Source: Octopus bimaculoides
Lineage: Eukaryota
Length of the DNA: 64,000 bases
Direction of reading: 5' to 3'
NCBI RefSeq assembly: GCF_001194135.2
Contig: NC_068982.1
Span: 157,150,506 to 157,214,505 of the forward strand
Both the position numbers and the translations under genes were made by a program. Below are positions 63,754 to 64,000 of the stretch, one piece after another. Position 1 is the stretch's first letter; each line of letters starts with the position of its first letter. The notes below the pieces were generated by a model that worked only from the letters and a program-made list of their open reading frames with translations, searched no databases and was not told where the DNA came from.

Positions 63754-64000
63754 CTTCTCACGGACGTGCTGTCACATCGGCTGCGAAGGTAAACGTTTAT
63801 TTGACCTTTTACTGTCCACATTTTGTTGGAATTTTTAAATAATTTTGTTGCGAAGCACCTAGGCTTCATTTGTGTGTATTTTCAAGGGCAGGAATTGACC
63901 CCCAGGGGCAGTTTCGGCCCTAGCAAAATACAAAAATTTCCTTCTTGACATTTGAAAAATGTCGAGAAACATAATTTTGGAACGCTTGTCTTGTTCTTTT

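Overview
This is AT-rich, microsatellite-saturated eukaryotic DNA from a short-read draft assembly, with 17 N-gaps totalling about 6.7 kb; most gaps are flanked by (TA)n, (CA)n or (GA)n. The repeat families resemble, from recall, those of Octopus (coleoid cephalopod); this is inference, not a database result. No host protein-coding gene, rRNA, true tRNA or CRISPR array could be supported, and most long ORFs in the track are microsatellite or N artefacts. The window looks intergenic or intronic and is dominated by mobile-element debris. This debris comprises two Penelope-like elements (RT + GIY-YIG), two decayed L1/Tx1-like ORF2 relics, a 3' RTE fragment, a dead mariner transposase and about 30 copies or fragments of at least three tRNA-derived SINE families (called A, B and C here). 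The most interesting signals are: hammerhead-ribozyme-like motifs in Penelope terminal-repeat relics, a chimeric A/B SINE with a 93%-identical local inverted duplicate, tandem SINE-B arrays, a nested insertion hotspot with a clean 13-bp TSD, and a CpG/CCAAT/Sox-motif-rich unique island that may be cis-regulatory. I found no convincing wholly new biological system.
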